Assembly: GCA_036012755.1 (NCBI GenBank) | Contig: DASCPX010000114.1 | Span: 1-16,389 of the forward strand | Reading direction: 5' to 3' | Source of the DNA: Myxococcota bacterium | GTDB lineage: Bacteria; Myxococcota_A; UBA796; CAJQPC01 | DNA: 16,389 bases | Part shown: one piece after another, positions 8,627 to 16,389 of the stretch | Layout of the letters: each line of letters begins with the position of its first letter | Position numbering within the stretch: the stretch's first letter is position 1 | Program-made: the position numbers and the translations under genes | The notes under the pieces: model-generated | The model's input: only the letters and a program-made list of their open reading frames with translations | The model's database searches: none | Told to the model about the DNA's origin: nothing

Positions 8627-8929
8627 TCAGGCGGACAGCTGCTGGGCTGCGCGCCACCTGGCCGGAGACTCTCCGACGTGGCGCTTGAAGGCCCGCGAGA
8701 AGGCTGCCTCCGAGGAGTAGCCCACGCGCTCGGCGACCTCCGCCAGCGCGGAGAGCCACTCGGCCGTCGGGCCACCCGCGGCCTCGAGGTGCAGGAGCGG
8801 GGGGAGCTGCGGAAGGAGGTGGCCGGCGGCGACGGAGGAGAAGCGGAAGGTGCCGCATTCGCCATCGACGCCTTCCGGACCGGCAAGCAGATGCTGGCCG
8901 CGCAGTAGCTCACCGCTGCCTGTACGGTG
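8627..8929 (-). pseudogene. Remnant of an AraC-family regulator (cupin_6/RclR-like) with 5' loss and in-frame internal deletions
   Basis: Stop-to-stop frame absent from the ORF track: HRTGSGELLRGQHLLAGPEGVDGECGTFRFSSVAAGHLLPQLPPLLHLEAAGGPTAEWLSA-LAEVAERVGYSSEAAFSRAFKRHVGESPARWRAAQQLSA*. The cupin-end motif is joined directly to the second AraC HTH, and there is no usable 5' start codon. Confidence 0.8.
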
Positions 8930-8950
8930 TCACATACCGTGGAGGTGTCG

Positions 8951-9649
8951 ATGATCCATCTCTTGATGTCTACGGCCTTCGCCGGCTTCGGGGGGGCCGA
9001 GCTCGCCGTCATCGGAGAGAGCGACAGCGCCGGGGTCGAGCTCCTGCTCTCCGCCGAGGTCACCCCCTGGACCACCGGGACGGAGAAGCTCACCCTGGAC
9101 TGGGCTCGAGCAGGCATCGACTGGGGGGCCCTGACCCTGGACGAGCGCTTCGACGGACTGGAGGTCGAGGCGCTGGCCGGGTCCGCGTCCTTCGGGAGCG
9201 GCTCGACCGGGGCGAGCTTTGGAGCTGGCCAGGTGATCTGGGACCCGGAGCTGGGCTTCGTCGAGATCGGCGTCGTGAGCGGCGGCATGGGCGGCACCTT
9301 GTTGAACCACCGCTTGCGCTGGGGGGTCGGCGGTGACCTCCACGGCCGCATCCAGAAGGAGAACTCCCTCTACCTGGGGCTGCCCTTGCAGGTTGGCTAC
9401 ACCCAGCCGCTGGCGAACCGCCCCTTCCTCGATGTCGGCCTGGTGCTGCGCCCGAGCTTCGGCCTGGTCGGCGACCAGCTCGGCGCCTTCGACGGAAGGC
9501 TCACCGCCGAAGCGGGTGTCCACGCCGTCGACGAGGAAGAAGCGAAGCTCGATGTCGTGCTCGCCTACGCGGGGCAGCTCGACACGGCGACGGACGCAGG
9601 CCGCCAGACCGTCAACCGACTGGGTATCGGGGCCCGCGCGCGCTTCTAG
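8951..9649 (+). CDS. Secreted hypothetical protein, probable outer-membrane beta-barrel
   Basis: GGAGG at 8941 precedes ATG 8951. Short signal MIHLLMSTAFA, Gly-rich alternating strands, and a C-terminus LGIGARARF ending in Phe (beta-signal-like). Confidence 0.7.
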   Translation: MIHLLMSTAFAGFGGAELAVIGESDSAGVELLLSAEVTPWTTGTEKLTLDWARAGIDWGALTLDERFDGLEVEALAGSASFGSGSTGASFGAGQVIWDPELGFVEIGVVSGGMGGTLLNHRLRWGVGGDLHGRIQKENSLYLGLPLQVGYTQPLANRPFLDVGLVLRPSFGLVGDQLGAFDGRLTAEAGVHAVDEEEAKLDVVLAYAGQLDTATDAGRQTVNRLGIGARARF

Positions 9650-10154
9650 CTACGACTCGGGCCTCGTGGCGTCCTTCGGGACCCCAGTCCTCTTCTATGT
9701 GAACGATCTGCATATGTTGGAGCAGATCCCGGACCTCTGTGGGCTCCAGCAGGAAGCGTCGAGAGGGGCGCTCGTGACGCTCGAGGTTGGTGGTGGTGGG
9801 CTGCACGAAGACCAGCATCTCGCAGTCCAAAGCGGCAAAGACCGGGCGGTGGAGGAAGTGGTGGATCAACACCAGGTCCCAGGGACCGTCGGGCGGCCCG
9901 TGGACCTCGACGTCGCGCACAAGGGTCTGACATCGTACGTGTTTTTCGGCCAGCGCCAGACCCACGACGCTGCGGTCGCAGACCGTGACATCCAGCCCTC
10001 GAGCAGCCAGCCAGGCTGCGTTCCGCCCCGCTCCGCCTGCCAGGTCCAGGGCGGTCCCGCTCACCGGCAGCAGGTGCGCCACGCGATCGAGGAAGGCGCT
10101 GTGCTGCTGAAGCTCGTCGCCGCGCTCGGCCCAGATCCGGTCCCATCGATCCAC
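9612..10154 (-). CDS. Class I SAM-dependent methyltransferase (TehB-like small family)
   Basis: Motif I ALDLAGGAGRNAAWLAARGLDV, acidic D in VCDRS, and WDLVL. The 3' end overlaps the convergent gene by 38 nt. Confidence 0.85.
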   Translation of the reverse strand: MDRWDRIWAERGDELQQHSAFLDRVAHLLPVSGTALDLAGGAGRNAAWLAARGLDVTVCDRSVVGLALAEKHVRCQTLVRDVEVHGPPDGPWDLVLIHHFLHRPVFAALDCEMLVFVQPTTTNLERHERPSRRFLLEPTEVRDLLQHMQIVHIEEDWGPEGRHEARVVARSARGPRYPVG

Positions 10155-10177
10155 GGCCGAAGGCTATCGCGGGGGCA

Positions 10178-11925
10178 CTACGACGACGTCCGCGCGCGTC
10201 CCAGGGCCATCAGCGCCGGGACCAGCGTGATCGAGCCGAGCAGGCAGACGGGCAAGCCGATCAGCAGGACCCGTGACATGCCCTCGAGGCCGACGTGTCC
10301 CGAGAACAAGAAGAGCAACAGGAAGCTCGCGCAGGTCGTCGTCGTGGTCATCACGATGGCCTGCCCCACCCGAGCGGTGGCTTCATGGATCGGGAGGTCG
10401 GGCTGCTCGCGGATGCGGTGCACCACGTGGACGCCGTCGTCCACCCCGAGGCCGACGACCAGGGGCACCACGACCATCGTCATGACGTTGAAGCCCGGGC
10501 CGGTCCAGACAGGCACCAGCCAGGGTCGGTCCCCCTCCATCGTGACCTCGAGGGTGATGCCGATGCCCGCCGCCGAGGGGTCCAACTGCTGCACCCGGAG
10601 TCGCTCCAAGGTGGTCCTCGCTCCATCGAGTGAGGGGGGGCCCCGATCGACTGCCTGCTCCAGGATGCCGAGGAGCTCCAGGAACTGGTGCATCTGCTCC
10701 GTCTTCGGGCCCGCCAGAAACAGCATGTTCCGAGTCACGACCTGGCGCCGAGAGACGGCCTCGCGGGGCTCTGCGAGCACCGTGGCCCTCTCGTCCCAGT
10801 CTCCGTGGAACAGGTCCGCGAGGCGGTCGGCTCGCGAGAACAGCGTGTCGGACTCCAGAGCGGTGGAGAAGCTCCTCGCCTCCTCAACGCTCTCCGCCCG
10901 GAGCACCCAGGGGCCGGGGTTCACCCCGAAGAGCTCCTGGACACGGTCCGCGACCTCGAGCGCGGGCACGTCCCGAGAGAAGACCTTGGCCAGATCGGTC
11001 TCGTAGTGGAAGCGCGGGAAGCCGGCCACGGCCGCAGCCATCACCAGGGCACCCAACAAGAGCGTGAGCGCCGGTCGACGGGCCGAGGCCTTGGCGATGG
11101 GTCTCAACAGCGGCACGTGGAGCGGACCTCGGTGCTTGCCCGCTCCCCCGAGGAGCGCCCAGGCCGCTGGCAGCCAGGTGAGCATCAGGACCAGGCACAG
11201 GGCCAGCCCGACGAAGCCGCTCAGTCCGAGGTGTCGAGCCGTCGGGTCGTCGGCCAGCGCGACGATGCCGAAGGCCCCGGCGGTGGTCATCCCACCAACG
11301 ACGACCCCCGGTCCGGAGCCCGCCCAGGCGGCCTCCACCGCCGCTGCCAGATCCCCGCGCTCGGCGAGCTCCTCTCGCGTGCGCACCATCAGGTGGAGAG
11401 CGAAGTCCACCCCCCAGGCCGAAGATCATGACCCCGTAGAAGGTCTCCATGAAGGTGATCTTCCCGGTGAGCCTGCCGACGATCCCCAGCGTGGTGCCAG
11501 AGGCCAGCACCATCGGCGCCGCCACCGACAGCAGGTGCAGGGGCCGCCGCTCCACCCACAACAACAGCGTCAGCACCAACAGCAGACTCAGAGGCGTGAT
11601 GATCTGGACTCGCGACAGGGTGCGGGTCTGGTCCTGGTCCACCACCGCGGCGATGCCCCCGTAGCCATGGGTCACCTCGAAGGGCGCCAGCAGCTCGTCG
11701 GTGGCTTCCTGAATGGCAGCAAAGCCGACCTCTCCCAGCTCCGCGTCCACCGGGTCGTCGCGGAGCATGACCAGCACGAGCCTGGGCCCCTGCACGGGCT
11801 GGACCTGCTCGTCGAGGGCGACGGTGGCCAGGGCCGCCTCGTCCAGGGTCTCCTCCGAGCCCTCGATCAACAGGGGCATGCGATCGGCGAAGTTGAGCTC
11901 CTCCAGGACCGTCGCCACGAGGCAG
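10178..11925 (-). pseudogene. MMPL/RND-family lipid exporter, 5'-truncated, frameshifted at G6 (11410-11415) and apparently internally deleted
   Basis: Two RND signatures: IFGLG/VDFALH (restored by removing one G) and LVVGLGVDDGVHVVHR; also GGMTTAGAF and AIVMTTTTT. No first transmembrane helix, and the helices expected before GFNVMT are missing. The 5' boundary is approximate. Confidence 0.75.
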
Positions 11926-11929
11926 GAGG

Positions 11930-12240
11930 GACGCGCGAGGGCTTCAGCGACTGGGTGGAGCGCTGGATGTCGGTGGAGCACGCCGAGAGGCTGTCGCGCC
12001 TGGGCCCCGAGCGGCTCTTGTGGCTCCAGGGCAAGGCTCGGGCGGACTCCTGGAGACCGGAGCTCCTGGGCGCCCTGGGCCGCGTGGAGCTCGAGGCCCC
12101 GCCGAACCGCACGGAGCTCATGGTGGGAGGCTCCGGGGCTCGCTGCCTGGGCTCGCTGGGTGCCGGCCAGGTGGATCGCTGGGGCCGCTTCAACTCCACG
12201 CAGCTGGAAGACGGAACGCTCCTGGTGGGCTCGGGGACCG
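11930..12240 (+). pseudogene. Orphan coding fragment of unknown function between two truncated minus-strand genes
   Basis: Plus-strand codons with strong G/C third-position bias (EGFSDWVERWMSVEHAERLSRLGPERLLWLQG...QLEDGTLLVGSG). It reads into kinase antisense before stopping at 12275. Boundaries approximate. Confidence 0.45.
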
Positions 12241-12910
12241 CTGGGAACTTCTCGTCGAAGAGCGTCGGGTTGTAGAGGTCGTAGGGTTCGTCCCCAGTCA
12301 CCATGCGGTACAGGGTCGCGGCCGCGGCGTAGAGGTCCGCTCGGTGGTCGGCGGCTTTGGCGTTCTCTCGCTGCTCGGGTGGCATGTAGGCGAAGGTGCC
12401 CATCGAGCGGCCCGTGCGGGTGTCGTTGTCGTGGCCGGCGACCTGGGCGATCCCGAAGTCAGTCACCTTCAGGACGTCGTCCTTGGCGATGAGCACGTTG
12501 GCGGGCTTGATGTCCCGGTGGACGATGCCGCTGTCGTGGGCGACTCACAGCCCCTCGAGGATGTCCAGCGTGCAGCCGACGGCCTGGCGCGGAGGGAGGG
12601 GACCCCGCGCCTGCGGGACCCCGAGGAGGCTGCCTCCGGCCACGCACTCCATGACCAGGAAAGGGGGCTCGTGGTCGACTCGGATGTCGAAGATCGTCAC
12701 GAGGTTCTAGTGCTGGAGCCGCGCCATCGCGCGCGCCTCGCTGACGAAGCGCCGCCGGATCGCCGGGATCGCGAGCATCTGGGGGTTCAGGAGCTTGATG
12801 GCTCGCCGGACGTCGAGGTCGCGGTCGTGGGCAAGGAAGACGCTCGCCATCCCACCGGTTCCCAGGTGGGACTCGAGTCGGTATCGATCACCGGCGAGCG
12901 TGTGGTCCAT
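12227..12910 (-). pseudogene. Hanks-type Ser/Thr protein kinase with two in-frame stops and a 3' truncation
   Basis: One frame carries GTGGMASV, AIK, EARAMA, HRDIKPANV, DFG, GTFAYMPPEQ and ADLY. TAG at 12707-12709 (LQH*NLV) and TGA at 12545-12547 (EGL*VAH). Similarity ends at VPEP, before subdomain XI. Confidence 0.9.
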
Positions 12911-12970
12911 GGGCCTCTGACGACTCGGTATTCATATCAGCCTCAGAACGAAGCAACGGCGGCCGATGTC

Positions 12971-12996
12971 GAGGGCGGACCCAAAAAACCGCCCTC
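12971..12996. terminator. Hairpin downstream of the GH3 gene (possible terminator or mRNA-stability element)
   Basis: GAGGGCGG-N10-CCGCCCTC 8-bp stem about 35 nt after the GH3 stop. No U-tract follows the stem. Confidence 0.3.
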
Positions 12997-13030
12997 CGGT
13001 TCCTTCTGCGCGTGCATCGCCGAGCAGCTC

Positions 13031-15184
13031 TCAGCGAAGGACGCGGAACCGTCGCTCCAGCAGGTCCTCTGGGCGGGAGCTCGGCCCCACGAAGACCTGG
13101 TACTCGCGGCGCTCGAGCCGCCAGTCCTGGAGCTCCGGGTCGAACCAGGCGAGCTCCGCCACCGCCACCTCGAGGCTGACCTCGACCCGCTCTGAAGCGG
13201 GAACGAGCACCTTGGTGAATGCGCGCAGGAGCTTCGGCGCCCGAGGCACGGGGAAGTCAGGGAAGCCGACATAGAGCTGGACGACCTCTCGAGCGTCCCG
13301 ACTCCCCGTGTTCTCCAGGGTGACCGTGGCCCTCAGGGTGTCCTCGGGGCCGAGCTCGTCCTGCTCGAGGCGCAGGTCCCGGTAGACGAAGCTCGTGTAG
13401 GAGAGCCCGTGGCCGAAGGCCCAGGCCACGGGTCGGCCCTGGGCCTCGAAGCGGCTGTAGCCGTGCCAGAGGTCGTAGTCGGCGAACTCGCCGAAGGGGT
13501 CGAACTCCGGCAGATCCGACTCGTCCTCCGGCACGGTGAAGGGCAGCTTGCCGCTGGGGCAGAGGTCTCCGAAGAGCAAGGCTGCGACTGCGTCTCCGCC
13601 CTCCTGGCCAGGGTAGAAGGCGTGCAGGATGGCCCCGACCCGCTGCCGCCAGGGGGCCGTGATCGCGCTCCCACCGACGAGCACGACGACGGTCCGCGGG
13701 TTGCGCTCGGCCACCCCTTCGATGAGCGAGACGTCATCTGGCCGGAGACCGAGGGTCCTGCGATCCCCCCCGCCGCTGACCCCGGGTGGCTGCCAGGCGT
13801 CCGCGCCCTTGTTCGGGTCGAGGACGATGTACTCCCCCTCGTCTCGGTGGGTGAAGCCGACCACCACGACCGCGACGTCCACCTCGCCGGCTCGTTTGGG
13901 GTCCCGAAACAGCTCCACCCGGTCGTGACGCGCCTGGAGCCCCTCGAGCAGGGTCACCACACGCGAGCAGGGCACCCTGCTGCTGCCCACGTCTCCGGTG
14001 GCAGGCAGGGTCGCGAGCTTGCCGAAGACACCGACACGCAGATCCTCTGTCAGGGGCAGGGTCCCGTCGTTCTGCAGGAGCACGGCGCTCTGCTCGGCGA
14101 CCTCGCGGGCCAGCTGGCGGTGCTCGTCGCAGCCGATGAGCTCCGGTCCCTCCGGGGGGGGCTCGGACAGGGCGTAGGGGAGCCGGGTCCGGAGCACCCG
14201 TCGAACGCAGGCGTCGACCTGCTCCTCGTCGAGCTCACCCTCGCGTACCGCGCGCTCCAGGTCGCTGCCGTAGTGCCAGCGGGCGGGCATCTCGACGTCC
14301 ATCCCGGCGGTGATGCCACGCACTCCGTCCCGCACTCCCCAGATCCAATCCGAGGTGACGAAGCCCTCGTAGCCCCAGCGCTCTCGGAGGATGCTGCCGA
14401 GCAGCTCGCGGCTGTGGCCGCAGTGTTCGCCTCGCAGGCGGTTGTAGGCGCTCATGACGCTGGCGGCTTCGCTGACGACGACCTTGAAGTGGGGCAGGTA
14501 GACCTCGTGCAGCGCGCGGTCGTCAATGCGCACGTCGACCCGGAAGCGCGCGTTCTCGATGCTGTTGCAGGCCAGGTGCTTGACGCAGGCCATCACCCCC
14601 TGGCTCTGGATGCCTCGGGTCAGCGCCAACCCGAGCTGGCCCAGGTGGTGGGGGTCCTCGCCGTAGGTCTCCTGTGCCCGGCCCCAGCCGGGGTGGCGGA
14701 GCAGGTTGATGCAGACCGCGCCCGAGTAGTTGGCCCCGCCGGCCAGAGCCTCTCGTCCCATGACCTCGCCGACCCGCCGCTCCAACTCGACGTCCCAGCT
14801 GGCCCCTCGGGCCATGGTCACCGGGAAGGCGGTGGCTCCCTCCGCCGTGCTGACACCGCGAGGGCCATCGCTGAAGCCGAAGGGCGGGATGCCCAGCCGC
14901 TCGTTCTCGCCGCTGTAGACGATGGGAGCGGCCTTGCCGAAGACCACGACAGAGCGGAAGTAGCGAAACTCGAAGCGCCGGCGAGTGCAGTCCCCGCTGA
15001 GCTGCTCGAGCTTCTCAGAGAGGCTCATCTCGGCCAGGAGCCGCTCGACGAGGTCGGCCAGATCGTCGTGCGGCGGCAGGCGATCCCGGGTGGTGGTCAG
15101 GGGCCGCGCCGGGTTGTGGGCGTATAGGCGAGACGCCAACAAGAGAGCGGCGAGCAGGCCGAGGCCGAGTGCGAGCCAGGTCAT
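13031..15184 (-). CDS. Glycoside hydrolase family 3 beta-glucosidase with an N-terminal membrane anchor or signal and a C-terminal FN3-like domain
   Basis: SDGPRGV, RHPGWGRAQETYGEDP, VKHLACN, VMSAYN, FVTSDW (nucleophile Asp), PSGKLPFT, FGHGLSYTSF, EVVQLY; 717 aa. Confidence 0.95.
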   Translation of the reverse strand: MTWLALGLGLLAALLLASRLYAHNPARPLTTTRDRLPPHDDLADLVERLLAEMSLSEKLEQLSGDCTRRRFEFRYFRSVVVFGKAAPIVYSGENERLGIPPFGFSDGPRGVSTAEGATAFPVTMARGASWDVELERRVGEVMGREALAGGANYSGAVCINLLRHPGWGRAQETYGEDPHHLGQLGLALTRGIQSQGVMACVKHLACNSIENARFRVDVRIDDRALHEVYLPHFKVVVSEAASVMSAYNRLRGEHCGHSRELLGSILRERWGYEGFVTSDWIWGVRDGVRGITAGMDVEMPARWHYGSDLERAVREGELDEEQVDACVRRVLRTRLPYALSEPPPEGPELIGCDEHRQLAREVAEQSAVLLQNDGTLPLTEDLRVGVFGKLATLPATGDVGSSRVPCSRVVTLLEGLQARHDRVELFRDPKRAGEVDVAVVVVGFTHRDEGEYIVLDPNKGADAWQPPGVSGGGDRRTLGLRPDDVSLIEGVAERNPRTVVVLVGGSAITAPWRQRVGAILHAFYPGQEGGDAVAALLFGDLCPSGKLPFTVPEDESDLPEFDPFGEFADYDLWHGYSRFEAQGRPVAWAFGHGLSYTSFVYRDLRLEQDELGPEDTLRATVTLENTGSRDAREVVQLYVGFPDFPVPRAPKLLRAFTKVLVPASERVEVSLEVAVAELAWFDPELQDWRLERREYQVFVGPSSRPEDLLERRFRVLR

Positions 15185-15224
15185 GAAGTGGATATATGGC
15201 GGGGATGCACGAGCGTGCCCCGAT

Positions 15225-15543
15225 CCGGCCTGACCTCGACCGATGGCCCATCCGAACGTGAACGAGTCTCCGAGAACGAGGACTCGAGTCGTGCCTGGGG
15301 GGGCTCACGCGCTCTCAGGAGACCGACGTAGGCACCGTCATTGAACGTCGTCGACACCCCCTCGTGGGCGAGCGTTCCCCCCGGCGAGAAGCCGATCTCT
15401 CCGCTCGCTCCCCCCCTCTCGTAGGGGCCGACGAGGGAATCGGTCCGAGCCTCGGCAAAGAGGCACAGCGCCTCCGCGGCGATGAGGCCCGCGCCGGCGA
15501 TGAGGCCCGTGAACAGAGCGACGCGGCGGCGGGACCGAGGCAT
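15225..15543 (-). pseudogene. 5' fragment of a membrane-anchored SGNH/GDSL hydrolase, frameshifted and truncated
   Basis: MPRSRRRVALFTGLIAGAGLIAAEAL transmembrane start. After a frameshift near the 7-base run at 15297-15303, another frame reads PGTTRVLVLGDSFTFGWAI (SGNH block I; GDS at 15263-15271), then similarity is lost before the GH3 start. Confidence 0.7.
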
Positions 15544-15771
15544 GGGTGGATGCTACCGCGGGCTCGATCAGGCGGCGGACCGGCGGTCCTGCGCTCTCGG
15601 GGGAGGTTGCCCGGAACGAGAACGCGGGGATGGTGCGCGCGAGAACGGCGGTTTCAGCTCTCATCCTGCCTATACGCATCGAGCCATGTATCCATCCGGT
15701 CATTGCCGTCCTGCGCGGCACTCCGAGCTGGCGCAGAGGCACCCGGTCGTCAACTCACGGCGGGGGGCCTC

Positions 15772-16035
15772 CTAGTCAGCCTTGAGCTCCGCACGCTGCC
15801 CGTACCTTGCGATCTCGTCGGCACCGAGGGCCTCGCCGGGAACAAGACGATAGTGGCGTTCCTTCTCGACACGAATCTCACCGTCCTGGATCGTCAGCAA
15901 GAACATGACGATGAGGTTGTCCTCGAGGAACTGCGCCGCAACGGGTTTGCACAAGACGTTCGGGAACGCCTCCGCGCAGTACGCGAAGTCCTGCTCGACT
16001 TGCACAATGCTGAGCTGGTCGTTGCCTCCCTTTTG
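15772..16035 (-). pseudogene. C-terminal fragment of a putative endonuclease-like protein
   Basis: The frame reads QKGGNDQLSIVQVEQDFAYCAEAFPNVLCKPVAAQF...KERHYRLVP. From memory this resembles the C-terminus of a conserved putative PD-(D/E)XK-type endonuclease family (QAKGG.DQL..VQIEQD). In-frame TGA just upstream at 16048-16050. Confidence 0.5.
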
Positions 16036-16301
16036 GCTGGTATCTCTTCAACAATGACAACAACGACAGCTGTAAGTGGTGGGTGTCGGCAGGAGTCGCC
16101 GCCTTGGTTGTGAATGTGTTCGGCAGTTGGATCGTCAGCGACTTCAAGCAGGGTTACAACAGCTTCTTCATGGGATACAAATCCCTGAACACGGTGGTCA
16201 TTGCGGGAATGATCTTTGTTCTGGCCCAAAAATGGGCCGAGAGCATCCCTAACGCACTCGACGGGGAAGGTCGGCTGACCGACCAGGGCATGGGGATATA
16301 A
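16032..16301 (+). pseudogene. Internal fragment of an acyltransferase-3 (O-acetyltransferase) membrane protein, lower GC
   Basis: FGWYLFNNDNNDSCKWWVSAGVAALVVNVFGSW...FFMGYKSLNTVVIAGMIFVLAQ matches the G.YL...Y.S...V....F mid-region of this family. Manual count gives about 52% GC over 16021-16260, well below the rest of the window. Both ends are missing. Confidence 0.55.
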
Positions 16302-16338
16302 GGTTACTTCTTAGACGTTTGCGAGACGGAGGTTTGTG

Positions 16339-16389
16339 GTGATCGCATTGGAGTTCGGGGGGCGGGTAGAAGCCGAGCGGCTCCGCGCT
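16339..16389 (+). CDS. Possible start of a gene running off the right edge
   Basis: GGAGG at 16328-16332, then GTG and an open frame MIALEFGGRVEAERLRA. Too short to classify. Confidence 0.35.
   Translation, partial: MIALEFGGRVEAERLRA

Noticed and set aside
8610..8908. 98-aa plus-strand ORF (8612-8908) and the 5' extension of the 441-aa ORF
   Set aside because: These are the antisense and an alternative frame of the AraC remnant.
12545..12709. Stop-codon reassignment or Sec/Pyl readthrough in the kinase
   Set aside because: Both TAG and TGA would need recoding, both end intact genes in this window, the positions are non-catalytic, and the gene is also truncated.
9333..15127. Long plus-strand ORFs (9333-11006, most of 11064-12275, 12020-13195, 13409-15127)
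   Set aside because: They are antisense shadows of minus-strand genes, expected in high-GC DNA, and have no recognisable motifs.
15544..15771. Possible small gene or ncRNA between the SGNH and endonuclease remnants (minus frame ending DRMDTWLDAYRQDES*)
   Set aside because: No convincing start, family motif or conserved structure; it may be another remnant but cannot be supported.
10178..16389. Intact mobile element or defence system explaining the decay
   Set aside because: No transposase, integrase, terminal inverted repeats, att-like repeats or complete defence genes were seen.

Overview
GC-rich bacterial chromosomal window, probably from a Myxococcota-like deltaproteobacterium. That assignment is an inference from the Cys-rich lipoproteins, DTG-repeat linker and Hanks-type kinase. 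Intact genes: a UbiA prenyltransferase coupled to a DUF1624/HGSNAT-like gene, a divergent S8 subtilase lipoprotein, two small convergent genes (one resembles a stand-alone subtilase prodomain), a hypothetical gene, rpe, a choice-of-anchor-X/SGNH fusion, a Cys-rich extensin-like (LAS/M15-type motif) lipoprotein, a beta-barrel-like protein, a class I SAM methyltransferase and a GH3 beta-glucosidase. The right half holds many decayed genes the ORF track misses or splits: an internally deleted AraC regulator, a truncated and frameshifted MMPL/RND transporter, a Ser/Thr kinase with two nonsense codons, and fragments of an SGNH hydrolase, an endonuclease-like gene and an acyltransferase. The most notable patterns are (i) a TA dinucleotide exactly at -12/-11 of nearly every start codon lacking a Shine-Dalgarno sequence, a leaderless-mRNA signature; (ii) repeated ultra-short signal peptides with no charged n-region; (iii) a phased triple-GTATAC operator-like site; and (iv) a candidate subtilase plus free-propeptide inhibitor pair. 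No rRNA, tRNA, CRISPR array or intact mobile element was recognised, and no complete novel multi-gene system can be demonstrated from sequence alone.
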